From Vicugna vicugna (lineage: Eukaryota), in the NCBI GenBank assembly GCA_013265495.1, contig MU058781.1, positions 9,281,009 through 9,345,008 on the forward strand: DNA of 64,000 nucleotides, in the 5' to 3' direction. The notes beneath the pieces were generated by a model that searched no databases, was not told the DNA's origin, and saw only the letters and a list, made by a program, of their open reading frames with translations. Shown in pieces: positions 36,815-49,619 of the stretch (positions are counted from its first letter, which is position 1; each line of letters begins with the position of its first letter). The translations under genes were made by a program, and so were the position numbers.

Positions 36815-39539
36815 TCAGCATGTAGTGTCTTAATGAAATTTAGTTTGGCTCCATGTGATTGCTGAATTATTTTCTCAGTGATCACAGTCAGTTAAAAAGA
36901 ATGAAAATGGTGAGTTTCTCTGGAGCATAATGTAAAGCACTTTGGCCGGCAGTTCATCTTACCCCTTACCTCCCCTCTTGAAAAAGAAGGAAGTTTGCCT
37001 TCTCTGCCTGTCTCTGTGATTGCACAGAGATGCCCAACGGTGGTCCTTCTGTCATCCATCAGCCTTTAGGGCCTCTGGGAGGCATTCAGAGACTCAGCCC
37101 TGGGGAGACAAACAGGGGAGATGTCACTATCTGCCCCCATCTGGGGCCTTGGTTGCTCAACACGCTCTTTTCTTTCCAGAGTCAAGTCTTCTGAAGGTGA
37201 AGACGGAAACAAAATGGAAGCAAAATTGTTCTTGAGTTTTCTCTGGACCAAGAAGTGGGCCTGTCCCTTTCTTTTTGTGCTGTTTTTCTGAGCCACAGAA
37301 CTTTTGCTTTCAGGGATGTGCTTCAGAGGCCTCTGGGCATAAAGCTCTCTGAGTCTGTTTCAGGTTGATGCCCTTCTGTCACCATCGTGGTGGCGTCCTG
37401 CTTTCACGTCCAGCTCGTGCCCTTTGAAAGTCTGAGCACACCAGAGAGCTTCCCTGCAGCTGGCTTGCAGCTGCCTTCACCTTTTCTTCCTTGGGAAGGT
37501 TCTAAGAATACAGTCGCAAATGATCCCTATTTTAAGAGTCCTCTGTTCTCTTGCACTAGTTCTCATTTTCAATTGTACCCGTCCTTGAATATTTGGAATC
37601 TGCTCTCCTAATCTCTCAAAGAATATGTTGGACTTTGCTTAGCTTCTCTTTATCCAAATTTCAGTGTTAAAGGGAAGTTCACCTATTTCAGAATTAATTA
37701 AAATCTATACATAAAGGAGAAAATGTATTCTTTACTCTTAAATGAATTATACATTGTCCTCCTTACTGGAGTTCATATAACGTATTCCTCTTAGGGCGTT
37801 ACAGTTTATAATGGTGGCTCAAAAATCACACATAGTTGTGTTGATTTAATTGAAAGATTTTTGAAGTAATTTTTTTCAATTTTTTTCTTCTTTTAAAATT
37901 CTATGGACGCAAAACTTTAGTTGCACTGTGGCCATAAATCATGTTTATTTTTAAGAATCCTAACTTGACTGGTTCCTCCTAATTTTTTTAATGGAGCCTG
38001 TTTTCAACCCTAATTTTTTAAAAAAAATTAAAGTAGCTTTTGCTACTTTTGTGTTGGTACAGAGTGACCTTTTCTAGTTTTTTACGAGAGATCAATTTGG
38101 ACTAAATAGTGAATCTAAGTGGTGTGACTAAACCTCCTTTGTTTATTGTTATAAATGGAATTCTTACTCTTTGAGAACCAAATGTATAGTCTTCAGTGCA
38201 TAACACACTCTGTGTGCATGCGTGTGTATGTGTGTTGTGTATAATCATTTCTTTTCATTGAACGTATGCATGTGTTGCATATGAAATCATTTCTCTTGAT
38301 TGAGAGGGAACAAACACCCTATTTAAAAATGGGTTTAATGTTTAGGGTCACTATCTTACCCAATAAGAAGTGAAGGGAGCAGTTCCTGATTGGTTGACCA
38401 GATTCACAGCATCATGAGAAACCCAGGCTCTCTCCTCCTTGCTGCTCCACATCACTTGGCCAAATTAATGGGTTCAGCAGCTCCAGGCATCTCATTCTCA
38501 CTAAACAACCTCCAGAAGCAGGAAGGGAGGAGTTTCTCTTCTTGTCTGTCCTTTGTCTCTGTTCTCTCTCTCTTTCCAGGGAGGAAAAACTTTCCTAAAA
38601 ACACTCCCACCACACACACACACACACACACATGTATACATGTACATATATCTTTATGTCTTATGTACATGCATTTATAATGAAATTGAAATTTACAATA
38701 TTGTAAATATTGAATATATTGTAAATTTACAAACATAAGCTACAATTTAAGCATTATGAAACATTGTTAAGGCAAGAAAAAATTAATTCTCCTTGCTCTC
38801 ATTATTTAAAAAATTAGATAAGTAAACTGAGAAAGAAGAAATCTTTGAAATAATACAGGAGATGAGGTTCATTATCACCCTGATTTAGGCATGTTTGTTG
38901 ATAGGTGGCATTCTCTGAAAGTAAACTCTACCAGCAGAAACCAAATATAATGCTATGGACTCTACATGAGGGATTAATTAACCTCCAGCACAAAAATTAT
39001 AAAAAAGAAACCAGTTAATTCTATTAAAATAAAATAAGAGGTATGTACATATGGAAGACAACAGAACATTTCAGGACTAAACCTTAAATGAATCACTGTG
39101 CTGTGTCTGCAGATGATTGGAATTAGAATCATGTTCTAGGCTTCATCTAATCACATTTCACAGATGCGCACTATATTAACTGGTTTGAGTCAACGATAGC
39201 TTTTACATGTAGACCCAGCTTTGACCTGATGCCTCAGCCAACCCATTTCACAGATGAGCCAGTACATGAAAGTGAATAATTATGAAAGCTATAATTAAGG
39301 AAAGGGCATATACAAGTCCCCTGCTTATTTAATTGCCAACTAAATGAAAGTACTTGAAAAAAGTTTTAACTTTATAATTGGCATAAAGCCTTCAGCAAAT
39401 AGAGTTCTAGATGAGCCCTTTGTTTCATTCAGGAAACTCTATCAGATGAGAACTTGAGTCTGGCTTCCATTCCCACAGGTCCCCTGACCCAGCTCTCACC
39501 TTTTCAGTCAATGCCGTCTTTGTTGCTAAATCTACTGTT

Positions 39540-40920
39540 TGCTCTTTGATCCTGATCTGACTGGCCATCCCTGAAGTACGGGACACTGCCTGTCACATCT
39601 TCCTGCTGGAGCTCTCCTCTCTTGGCTTCTGTGATGCCGCCTTCTCCCAGGTGTCCATTGCTCCATGAGTGCTTCTCTTGGACTTTTTTGCTGCTGGACC
39701 ACGTCTTCCATATTGGTGGTCTGTGATTCACCTCCCACCTTCTCCGGGCAGTAAGAGCATTCAACTAGCATGCTCTTGTTCACCTCCTTGGCTTTAAAAG
39801 TGATATACGTTGTATACCTGTAACATATGTAATATCAACTATACATCAACTATACCTTAATAGAAAAGATTAAATTAAAAAATGATATACAAACTGGTGG
39901 CTCCCAGAATCTATGTTTATGTGCCGTAGCCTCTCGCCTGCTCTCCAGACCTACTAAACAGCTCCATGTGGACGAGTCACGTTGATTTCAAACTCACCTG
40001 TCTAAGCATGAACTCCTGGGCTCCCCTTCAAGACTGCTATTTCTCTCCCAGTCACTCTTGTTGATGAATGACACTATTGTCAGCTCACTGGTGCAGGTCA
40101 TTAAAAGGAAGAATTCCAGATGCCTCCTTCAGCTTTCCTTCACTCCCACGTCCAGTGATTTACGAAGTCTCCTGCAGTCGACCTTCTGGATATCTCTGGA
40201 ATTTACCTTTCACTCCATTCCACTACGGTAGGCAAAGCCTTTTATCATTATCTCACTTGGGATTTTGTGGTGGCCTTTCACCTGTTCTCCTATCTAGTCT
40301 TGCTCTGTTTCAGTCTATTCATCACACGGTCCCCAGCATGGTCTATTTAAAATACAAGTCCAGTCATTTCACTCCCCTGGTTGAAATCCTTGAATGCCTC
40401 CACATCACCTACAGGAGGGTTCAAATGCTGTATCATGATTTACAGTACTCTGGGAACTGTTCCCGATTTAGCTTCTGATCTGGGTGTCATGAATGACCAC
40501 CCCTCTTTCCTCTTTTACGATCAACCTCTCTATATTCTATACTTCAGCAGCACTAAAACGTTTTCAGTTACCAGAAAGTACCATGCTTTCTCACTCTGAT
40601 GCTCCTGATATGGTTTTTCTGGCTTCCTCTTATGTCCTTTCTCCAACTCTTCACCTGCTAACACTTCCCTTGAGAAATCAGCATAGGCTTCCACGTTTGG
40701 TGAGGGCGTCCCCACACCGGTCTGGTTTAAGCCACCGCTGATGTGATCCCTACTACTCTGTGAATATCCAAGCCCTTATTTTATAGCCATCTGTTTGCCT
40801 GTCTTTCCCCCTTCACCACAGAATCTTTGAGGGATCAACTGTGTCTTACTGGTCCTTGCAAACTCCCCACTTTGAATATGCCATTACTTAATATATGCTC
40901 TGAATGCAGCATAATGAGGC
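39540..40920 (+). mobile_element. L2 LINE fragment
   Basis: Pyrimidine-rich + strand with L2-type motifs (CTCTCCTCTCTTGGCTTCTGTGA, CTCCCAGAATCTAT, CAAACTCACCTGTCTAAGCATGAACTCC), ending near CTGAATG. Confidence 0.6.
39809..39877 (+). mobile_element. Very short 5'-truncated L1 3' end with TSD, inserted in L2
   Basis: GTTGTATACCTG...TCAACTATACCTTAATAGAAAA, flanked by AAAAGTGATATAC (39796-39808) and AAAAATGATATAC (39878-39890). Confidence 0.6.
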
Positions 40921-41104
40921 AACTATTAAGACAGGAAATAAATTTAGTAACTTTTTTTAAGAGAAACAAAAAAAAAAGACATTTACAAATGACGATATGG
41001 GGTCATATTTTGGCAGGGAAGAGGGAGATTTTGACTGTAGTGGAAACATTAGCTTGCTTTTTTTGTTTACTTGTTTATTTAATTGAAGATCTTTGTTGAG
41101 GTGA

Positions 41105-41320
41105 AATAGCTAGGACATTGGAGGCAGACAAACTCGTCTTCAGACACCAGCCACGCCTCCTCTAGTCGTCTGCTCTTGGGTGAGGTACTTACACTTTGGA
41201 AACTCGTTTTTCTCATCTGCAGAATGAGGCGTGTGTTCCCCTTAGAAGTGTGTTGTGAAAGGCTAAATAAGAAACTTACCTGAGAAGGACCTGGATACAG
41301 TTGAGTGTCCAGTAAATATT
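41105..41320 (+). mobile_element. MIR SINE
   Basis: TTGGAGGCAGACA...CTTGGGTGAGGTACTTAC...TTTTCTCATCTGCAGAATGAGG (MIR core). Confidence 0.65.
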
Positions 41321-43689
41321 GATCACCTTTCCCTTCTTTGAGTAGCTTATTAACCTAAGAGGTTAAGAGATGATGTTATTTTCAGATGAGAGAAACATCA
41401 TTTGGCCTTCAGATAATATAGATTATAGAATTTAAGTCTCTAAAGATTGGGCCTAATTGTTAATTTCTTTAATTATAGTAACTTCATAAGTTGTGGAATA
41501 AACTCACTTTATAGCAATTAATAATTATATAAATTTTTTTCTCTGTAATCATATAGAAGCACCTACAATTTCCCTGATTATCTACTATAATCTACTACCA
41601 CTACTAATCAATTATCTACTACTGGTCTGTTGTGTGGAGTAACACATTAACAAAAGTGGCCTCATTTCATTCCTTGCTGGAAAGCATTTTTAGGTACACT
41701 AAGTAACGTGTAAGTCTGCAGAGTTAGAATAAATCCACATGACAGTATATTGAAAATTACTAGGTGGGAAGTCATTTTATAATTTGTTTCTTTGCTATTC
41801 CAAGTGGCATAAAGCCGGGCTCATAATTCTGGGAAGTAAATCACGTGGCTCTGGCCAACTGGATTAGAAAGGAGACCATCATTCAGACAGTTACGAAAAT
41901 AAATTTTCAGACAAAACAGCTAAATCTAGGCGGTAAATTGGGCACTTTAACATTTTAAAAATATTCTACAAACATTTGAAATGGCTTTTTAAAGGTTTTT
42001 AAAAGTCAGTTCAGTCCTTTTTTTAGGGTAAATAATTGCTCCACTTGAAAGCCTTGGCAAAGGATCGCGGGCTTCCATTCGCAATCCTCTTCACTTTATA
42101 GGTTCTTTCACCCCCAGATCTTTAGCAGGTTAAACTGGCTACACATTGGCTTCCTTTCACAAGATATGAGTAATTACTTTAAATTGCCCTGGTTTATTAA
42201 GTGAAACCCAAAGTAGCATCTGTGCCTCCTTAACACTTAGTTAATGAGCACAGTGGTACCTCCAGCAGATGAATGGAGCTTTGATAAGGGGGAAGCAGCG
42301 CATCTGGATTTCTTTGGGAAAGGGAGGGAATTATCCATATATTAGGATGCCATTTCATATAATTACGTTGTAATTTTGGTTATTTATAATATTTGGGTAT
42401 TTGGAACTGGAGGATAACTAATATAAGTATTTGAAATCTCTAACAAATATTAATTGAGTGTCTACTAGGTTCAAGGCTCTGGGGTAAGTATTGTGATAAA
42501 TACAAGGAAATACAGGACTTAGTATCTCTTCTCCAGTAACGTACAGTGTAGAAAAGAAATTCATAGGGTCATACGTGTACGCACGACCATGTCTGAAACA
42601 CTTCCATGTATTTTCACTTGATACTGTAATGATCAAATTTCCACTGAGCTGTCTGTGTAGGACATTGTGTTGATGATACCAAGAAATATTAAACATGATT
42701 TGTTCTTTTACTTAGAATGTGCATTGACGTAAAAAAGAAATAAGTGAAAAGCAGCCTATGATAAGGTCAGATATTAATAACCCTGATATTTGCATAACAC
42801 TTGAAAAGTGCTTTCATAGATGCCTCATATTAAAATTGTTCTTCTTAGTTCTGCTTCCCCCTGAAGCTACAGATCTACTGCCTTTTTCTAGTCACTGTCT
42901 CTTAGATTGTCTGAAAGTCTAATTTATAATCATGTCCCACTGCTGAGCCTTTCTTAACCCCACTGTGATACTATTTTCCCTGTCCACCCTTCCGAAGCTT
43001 TTCTCCCATTAGCCCAAATTAATGCCCTCTTTCAGCTCACTTACCATTGAGTCTCTGTGTCATGGATGACACCAGAAGCTCTCCTCTCGTATTTGGAACT
43101 CACCCTGTGGCTTTCTTAAAACCGCTTTCTTCTGCTTCTCATTTGTCTCTGTCACAGGAGATGGAAGGAATTGTCTTGAGCAGCATTCTCCAAAGTGGTA
43201 GCTTGCCCCTGGTTGCCCCTGAGTGGTAAGATAACTTTATATGGTGCATGAACCCACACAGACATGGGGGTAGCTGCCCGGAGAGAACCTGAGGGACAGG
43301 AGAAGGAGGGTGGGGTGAGAATTTTAGGAAAATACAAATGGGAACAGGAAAGGGTGGAGATTTCCCTGTCTAACACCAGGTCTTTTGTGGCAGCCCCTTT
43401 GCATGTCCTCAAACACTAGCGCCAAACTTCCTTCTCTCTGGTTGCTCTGAGAATCTGTATCCGGAGCAGCCCGACACCCAGGGCTTAAGGACAGTCTAGG
43501 CTATTCCAAGGCCCATCACGGGGAGTTTGGGGTTAGTGGTTGGGGAAGATGGGGGCTGTAGCATTGGGTTTCAATTCAGCCGGGACCAAACGAAGAACAG
43601 AGTGAAGAGCCGCTCTGGAACGAGACCTTGGGTTGAAATTGAGCTGTGCCACTTACTAGCTCTGAAGCCAGAGGAAACCAAGGAGTCCT

Positions 43690-44430
43690 TCCTGCTTCTT
43701 CTCTCTCACCCTGAATCTTGGCACACATCAGCAAGTCTCGTTGACCCTATCTCCAAATCCACCCACTTCTCTCCACTGCCCCTCCGGTCCAGACCACCAG
43801 AACTTCCGGCTGGGCCAACACATGAGCTTTTCACTTTGTGTCTTTTTCTTTTCCCCTTTGTACATTATTCCTCACATACCATCCAGAGGATATATTCGAA
43901 ATGAAATCATATTATGCTGCTCCTCTAATTGAAACCCTGCACGTGTTTTCCATTGCAGAGAATAACTTCTAAACTCTTCAACAGAGCCACAAGGGGTTTC
44001 GTGACCCTGAAGATAACGTTCCCCACTGCTCTGCAGATTCTAGCCCCACATTCTTTCTTTTCCCTGAATGTACCAAGCTTGTTCTTGTCTCAAGGGCTTT
44101 GTAGGAACTGTTTCTTATGCCTAGAATGCTCTTTTCCAGTCTTCACACGGCTACTTCTCATCATTCAGATCTCGCCTCCAACGTCCCTTCAGATAAGACT
44201 CTCTCAGCCACCCCTGCTGCTCTCCCTCCCCCATCGCATCTCAGGTGCGTAACTTACTTTCTACATAGCTGATCACCATCAGCAATTATCCTGTTTATTC
44301 CCCTTTCTTTCCCCAACCATCACTAGGACACAAATGACCAGACTCTGTCTATTCTGTTTGTCTCCGTTATCTCAATGCCTCATACACAGTAAACCATCAA
44401 CAAATATTTGTTAATGTTGAATGAATGAGG
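43690..44430 (+). mobile_element. L2 3' portion, apparently inserted between two halves of a MIR (43598-43665 and 44430-44700)
   Basis: Ends with the L2 tail CAAATATTTGTTAATGTTGAATGAATGA. MIR-like GCCACTTACTAGCTCTG lies upstream and GCACTTAGCAGAGTATCTGGC downstream. Confidence 0.6.
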
Positions 44431-45514
44431 TCACTACATTTCTTTGAGCCCAGAGTTTCCATTAAGTGAGAACTAAATGAGATTTTGGACGTATCATGCA
44501 TATGTATCTTATATAATTTATTATATATAAAATCTCATTTCGTATATGTGTATGTAATATGTAAAACCTCATTATATATAATATATGTACATAAAATGAG
44601 ATTATATAATATATAAATGACAGACTATGTCTATATCATCCATGCAGCACTTAGCAGAGTATCTGGCCCATGTTAAGAGCACAGTGTTTTGAGAAGCTGT
44701 TATGTTTTCCATGCATAAGACATGATAAACAGGATCCTGGGGACAAGTTCTGAAACTTACATTTGTTCTGCTAACAGTACTTACTGAAAAACTTGTAATT
44801 TCTTCAGAAATGTTTTCTGAAGAACTTATGAAAACATGTTCAAAATTATGGGAGAGCCACTTAATAAAAGGTTTTCATGAGTATTTTCTCAAACCAAATG
44901 GCTGTGATTCAGGGGAAAAAAAAAAACAAAACAACCCTTTGAAAATCACTGTCCTGGGTTTTACCAAGTAACCGGCCCATTCAGATGATTTGGGAGTTCA
45001 CTTCAGAAGACTACTGGGAAAAATAAAATTTGTTGAACAAACACTTAACATCATTTTCAGTAGGAGTTAGTTCTTAGTATCCCACCTTTCCTGAGAAGTC
45101 CTTTAAATGCCTTTTGGATGTTCAGTTCATCTTTATCCTGAACTAAGAAATGTTGAACTGAATATTCATTTTCAATTGGTAAGAATGAAAAAATGGGGCT
45201 TTTCCATATTTTCAGGTGTACGTTTTTGCAAAATAATTAACTTTGTCATTACTACTTGAAGATCATTATTTTATTATTTTTAAATTGAGTAGCATTCTTT
45301 TGTTTTCATAGTATTTGCTTTTATAATTATTTTCTCTTTATAATGTAAGACAGTGCTTATGGTGGTGATATAGTATCATTTAAAAATAAATTTATTTAAA
45401 TAAAAAAGCAATTTTCTTTAAAGAAAATTATTGAATGCATGATACAGTTAGGGTGCAGATATGGCAGACCCATGAGGATGGCATATAGCCACTGAAGTTT
45501 GAGAAACAGAAGTG

Positions 45515-45842
45515 TAGAGTAGTTATTTCTATCTGTGGTGAAGGACCAGTTTTGTTTTGATGTTTACATTTTCAAGCCATTGCAGGATCTTATTTTTATA
45601 AAACACAGTAATAATTAATTACCAGAAAAATAAAAGTCTAAAAATATCAAAGACAGTAAAAGAACAGGCTTAAATTTTGAATTATTAAACATTCATAGAG
45701 TCAACATTCATAAAATAATTCTGTCAAATTGCTAAAGTAGTTTTAAACCTTTACTCTCAGTTTCAGAACTGACCTGCTTGTGTACTGGTGATGGTTTGCA
45801 GACTGGCAGGCTGGTTCAGAGACAACACTCTGAGTAACACTG
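45515..45842 (-). mobile_element. MER33-like hAT-Charlie MITE
   Basis: CTATCTGTGGTGAAGGACCAG...CTGTCAAATTGCTAAAG...TTACTCTCAGTTTC...CACTCTGAGTAACACTG. Confidence 0.7.
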
Positions 45843-46439
45843 GCCCAGAGGCTTCCAAAAAGTCACCACTAATTCCCATTCATTCTTTTCTCTCCATTCC
45901 TGTTGCCTTAGTTCAAACCCTTCCTTATTAATCGAGTATACATGTATTATTTTATAAAAGGGTTGTTTCTCATCAAGTTGTTTTTTTAAAAATGACACCT
46001 ATAAAAGTTTCTAAGATACTATCCAATGACTATTGAAGCCGTTGTTCTGTACATAGCTCAAAATCTCTTTGAAGGTGGACCTGAAAAAATTTGCCTTTGG
46101 AATTTAGTACCAGGAAAATATTCTCTTCTTAAGAATCAGTATGTTTCCTTTTATTCCTTCAATCAGACAATGAGACTTACATAACACACCCTGTTATACA
46201 CCTCATGGAGTTTTTTTTTGTCAGGAAACTCAAGGGATAGATTTAAGATACAATCATAGTAATTATATTGCTATTCCTTGTTCTTCCTCCTTTTACATCA
46301 GTTTTAGTTTTTATTATATGAATCCCCAAACTGAGAAAAGGAATAACCATTGGAAAATCAAAGATGTGGTTTCTTTTTCAGTATTTCCTTCTATTCAAGT
46401 AAGGTGAACGAGCTTAAATCTTAAGAAAAAGAATTACTA

Positions 46440-46602
46440 GGGGGAGGGTTTAGCTCAAGTGGTAGGGTGCTTGCTTAGCATCCACAAGGTCCTGGGTTCA
46501 ATTCCCAGTACCTCCTCTAAACAAATAAATAAATAAGTAAACCTAATTACCTTCTCCCACACACACAAAAAATTAATAGACATTGAGTCAAAAAAAAAAA
46601 AA
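46440..46602 (+). mobile_element. tRNA-Ala-derived SINE (Vic-1-like)
   Basis: GGGGAGGGTTTAGCTCAAGTGGTAG...CTTAGCAT...GGTCCTGGGTTCAATTCCCAGTACCTCC...AAATAAGTAAACCTAATTACC, then an A tail. Imperfect TSD AAAAAGAATTAC / AAAAAGAAATTAG. Confidence 0.88.
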
Positions 46603-47314
46603 GAAATTAGTCTTACTATTTTTGTGAATTTCTGAAGTCTTCTAAGAGTTCTTAGTAGACAAAGCCCACAGAGCTAGAGATTGAAGTGTGTATGTGTTTT
46701 AATTGTATCTATTTCATTGGCATGGAATTTAACTTGTCTTCTGAGATCGAAAGCGTTAACAGGAGAGATCATGATAGAGCTAGTTCTGCATGTATTTTCT
46801 GGTTATTGTTAGTCGCCTGTTGGAAGTGGACCTAGATTTGTTCAGGATATGAAGTAGGCATGATTCATCCATTTATTTTGAAAGGGTTGTCTGTCCCAGT
46901 TCCGGGAGCAATGCCGTTGTTTGTCTGCTCCGCTGAGGAGGAAGGCAGACATGCGGTGGATTGCATGACACCATGATTACTGGGCTGAGATAAGGAGTTG
47001 AAACTGCCGTGTCAACCTGAGGGCATCCAAGCCAAAGTGGAGGGGAATGGGATTTGGAAATACCAAGAGGCAAAGCCCTTGCCTGAAGTCATTTCAACTC
47101 TGTGTTCCTCCAGGTCCATTCCTTGTTTTGTTTTGTTTTCCCACAGTTTAACTTACCATGCATTCTTGCGGGAAGTCCAACAGTGACTCTCATTTTTCAC
47201 TATTTCCTGTGTAACTGTTGGTCAGGTGGAGATACCATTCCCGGCCTATCCTGTAAGGTAGTCGAGGAGGAACCAATGAACAGAGTGTCAGTGTCAGGAG
47301 GAGATGACATCTTC

Positions 47315-47530
47315 GATACAAAGTATAGAAAAGTAGGTAAACAGCGAGTTTCTACTGCAGAGCACAGGGAACTGAACTCACTATCTTGTAGTAACCTATA
47401 ATGAAAAAGAATATGAAGATGAATCTAAGTGTGCATATATAAAACTGAAAAATTATGCACCAGAAATTGATACCACATTTCAAATGGACTATATACTTCA
47501 ATTAAAAAAATAAACAACATAAATAAACAG
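47315..47530 (+). mobile_element. 5'-truncated L1 3' end
   Basis: CAGAGCACAGGGAACTG...TATCTTGTAGTAACCTATAATGAAAAAGAATATG...ACTATATACTTCAATTAAAAAAA; same type as 32827-33039. Confidence 0.75.
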
Positions 47531-49619
47531 AACTCAAATCCAGAGCTTCTAATTTCTAAAAAAAAAAAAAAGTAAGAAAATATCATGGTTTTGGTGGCAA
47601 TGATTAATTTATTGCAATTTGAATTGATATTTGTATTTTTCATCCACCCATGAACACTGATGTAGAGTCAGAAGCATATTACAACATTAAGATTATCATT
47701 CTTTTACTAGTGATTGAGGTCTAGGAAATCTTTAATGTGATGCTCAGTTGATTTAATAAAGAAGAGATGAGAGAGGAAACAAATCCCTGAAAGTACTGGC
47801 TGCTTGCTTGTCTAAAATACAGTAACACATTTAAGACATTTATATAAAAGTCACTTCCCCGATCTTCGTAAGGTATGTATTATATGTGAGTCCTGGCTGC
47901 ATGGAACGTCTGTTTTTATTGGAAAGAGCGTTAGTACAGAAACTGTGACGACATTAGTGGTTTACCTGTGGTTTACCTGTGGTAGAAGGAATGAGACAAC
48001 TTCTATTAGCTGCCTTTAATGTAAGAAATTATTTCCCAGCTGGATTAGGAATGTTCTGGAGTAGAGCTGCAACAACATACCAAGAAGTCTGGGCTAACAC
48101 ATTAAATATTCTATTTTATACTGTAAAAAAAATGATAAAAAGCAATGGACTTACTGATGTAGCAATACGGTTTGTTGCAAAGAACAACCAAAAAGCTAAA
48201 ACAAATGCAAGCTTGGCAGAGAAGCTGAGCAATGTATAAACAGAAAAGTCCATGCTAATTATGTTAATAAGTGATCAGATTTCACAAGTAATAGGAACAC
48301 ATCTTATGGAACTAGACTGTCCTTCGTATTTTGGCAGTAATTTAAATAGCAGTTCATTTTAAGACTTGCTGTCACTGTAGAATATTTATATTGCCGAAGT
48401 TGATTTGACTAGAGCGGATGCTTCTACCATTATAATCTAATTTTATAGAATTATGAGATTTGAATGCTAAAAATAGCAGCAAAAGAGTTATAGTCCCTTC
48501 TGACCATAATGAGAATTGTTTGTAATTCATATTAATATCCTTAGGTTATTCTGTGTTCAAGCTAAATGGTTACTGTGGGATTCATTTTTTAGGATAACTA
48601 AATTATACCTTGACATTAGTTTGACTGAACAGGTATTCTAGCATAAAATATTTAGTCACTGAGAAATTAGATGTCCCAGAAGAACTTTTCTTTTTTTGTA
48701 TTCCATATTCTCTAGACAGTTTTCCACTCAGATGAAATATTTCAAAAGCATGAGGGAAAATAAAAACTTTCTCTGTAAATAGATTCTAGTGTTTCCAATG
48801 AAATCTTTTAAACACACTTTGAAACTTTTCCTTTTCATGGCGTCCTTGTCACCTAGCAACAGGCTATGTAAGTAATCAACCTCACAGTATGTAGGAATCA
48901 AATTGTGAAAGTTTTTTATATTCCCTTTACAGTTGCTTTCCAGAATCTTCTGCTACTTACAGCACCATCATTTTCTAGACCCTTAATAAATCCGTAAAAT
49001 TGCTAGAAACCCCTGTTCTCTGTCTCTTGCTATGTAGTGCACTGAATTCTTGTGACTTCTCACGGGGATTTAGGTTATCATTGTCTTCTCTGGTTCTGGG
49101 CACCTTTTACTGCTGAGTTATTTAAGATTTGTGACTGTCTGTTGATAATGTTTTCTTAGCATCATGTTGCGCTGGGTAGGAAATTCATGCTTGGTATTTT
49201 TTTTTTTTTTTAAGTTCCATCAAAAAAAAAAATCACATCCAGAAGCATCCCCGCAGTGTAGAAGTCATTATTAAATATCTTGTCAGAGCAGAAACACTTA
49301 TTTGTGAAAGTTCAATGATCTTCACTATGAAATGTTCAGAAGACCTGGCCCCGAGATCCTTTGACCTTTTCTAAACATGGGCTTTGGCTTCTAGCAATAT
49401 TACTGTCTCTTCCTCTCTCTTTTCTCATACCCAGATATTATGGATTTTAAACACAGAATCACTGAGTATTCTTCATTACCTCTGCCCCTGTTGGCCCAAG
49501 CCCTCACCTCCTCACTAGCAGCTTAGCAAGGAAACCTAAACAAAGACAGTTCCTCCCCTAAAGCCATTCATTCTCTTGTATTAACCATTGTAGATGCCAA
49601 GATCAAATTTCATGCCCTC

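Noticed and set aside
37131..37146. CTCF-like CCCCAGATGGGGGCA on the minus strand
   Set aside because: Lacks the GGC core and the 5' CCRS pattern; too weak.
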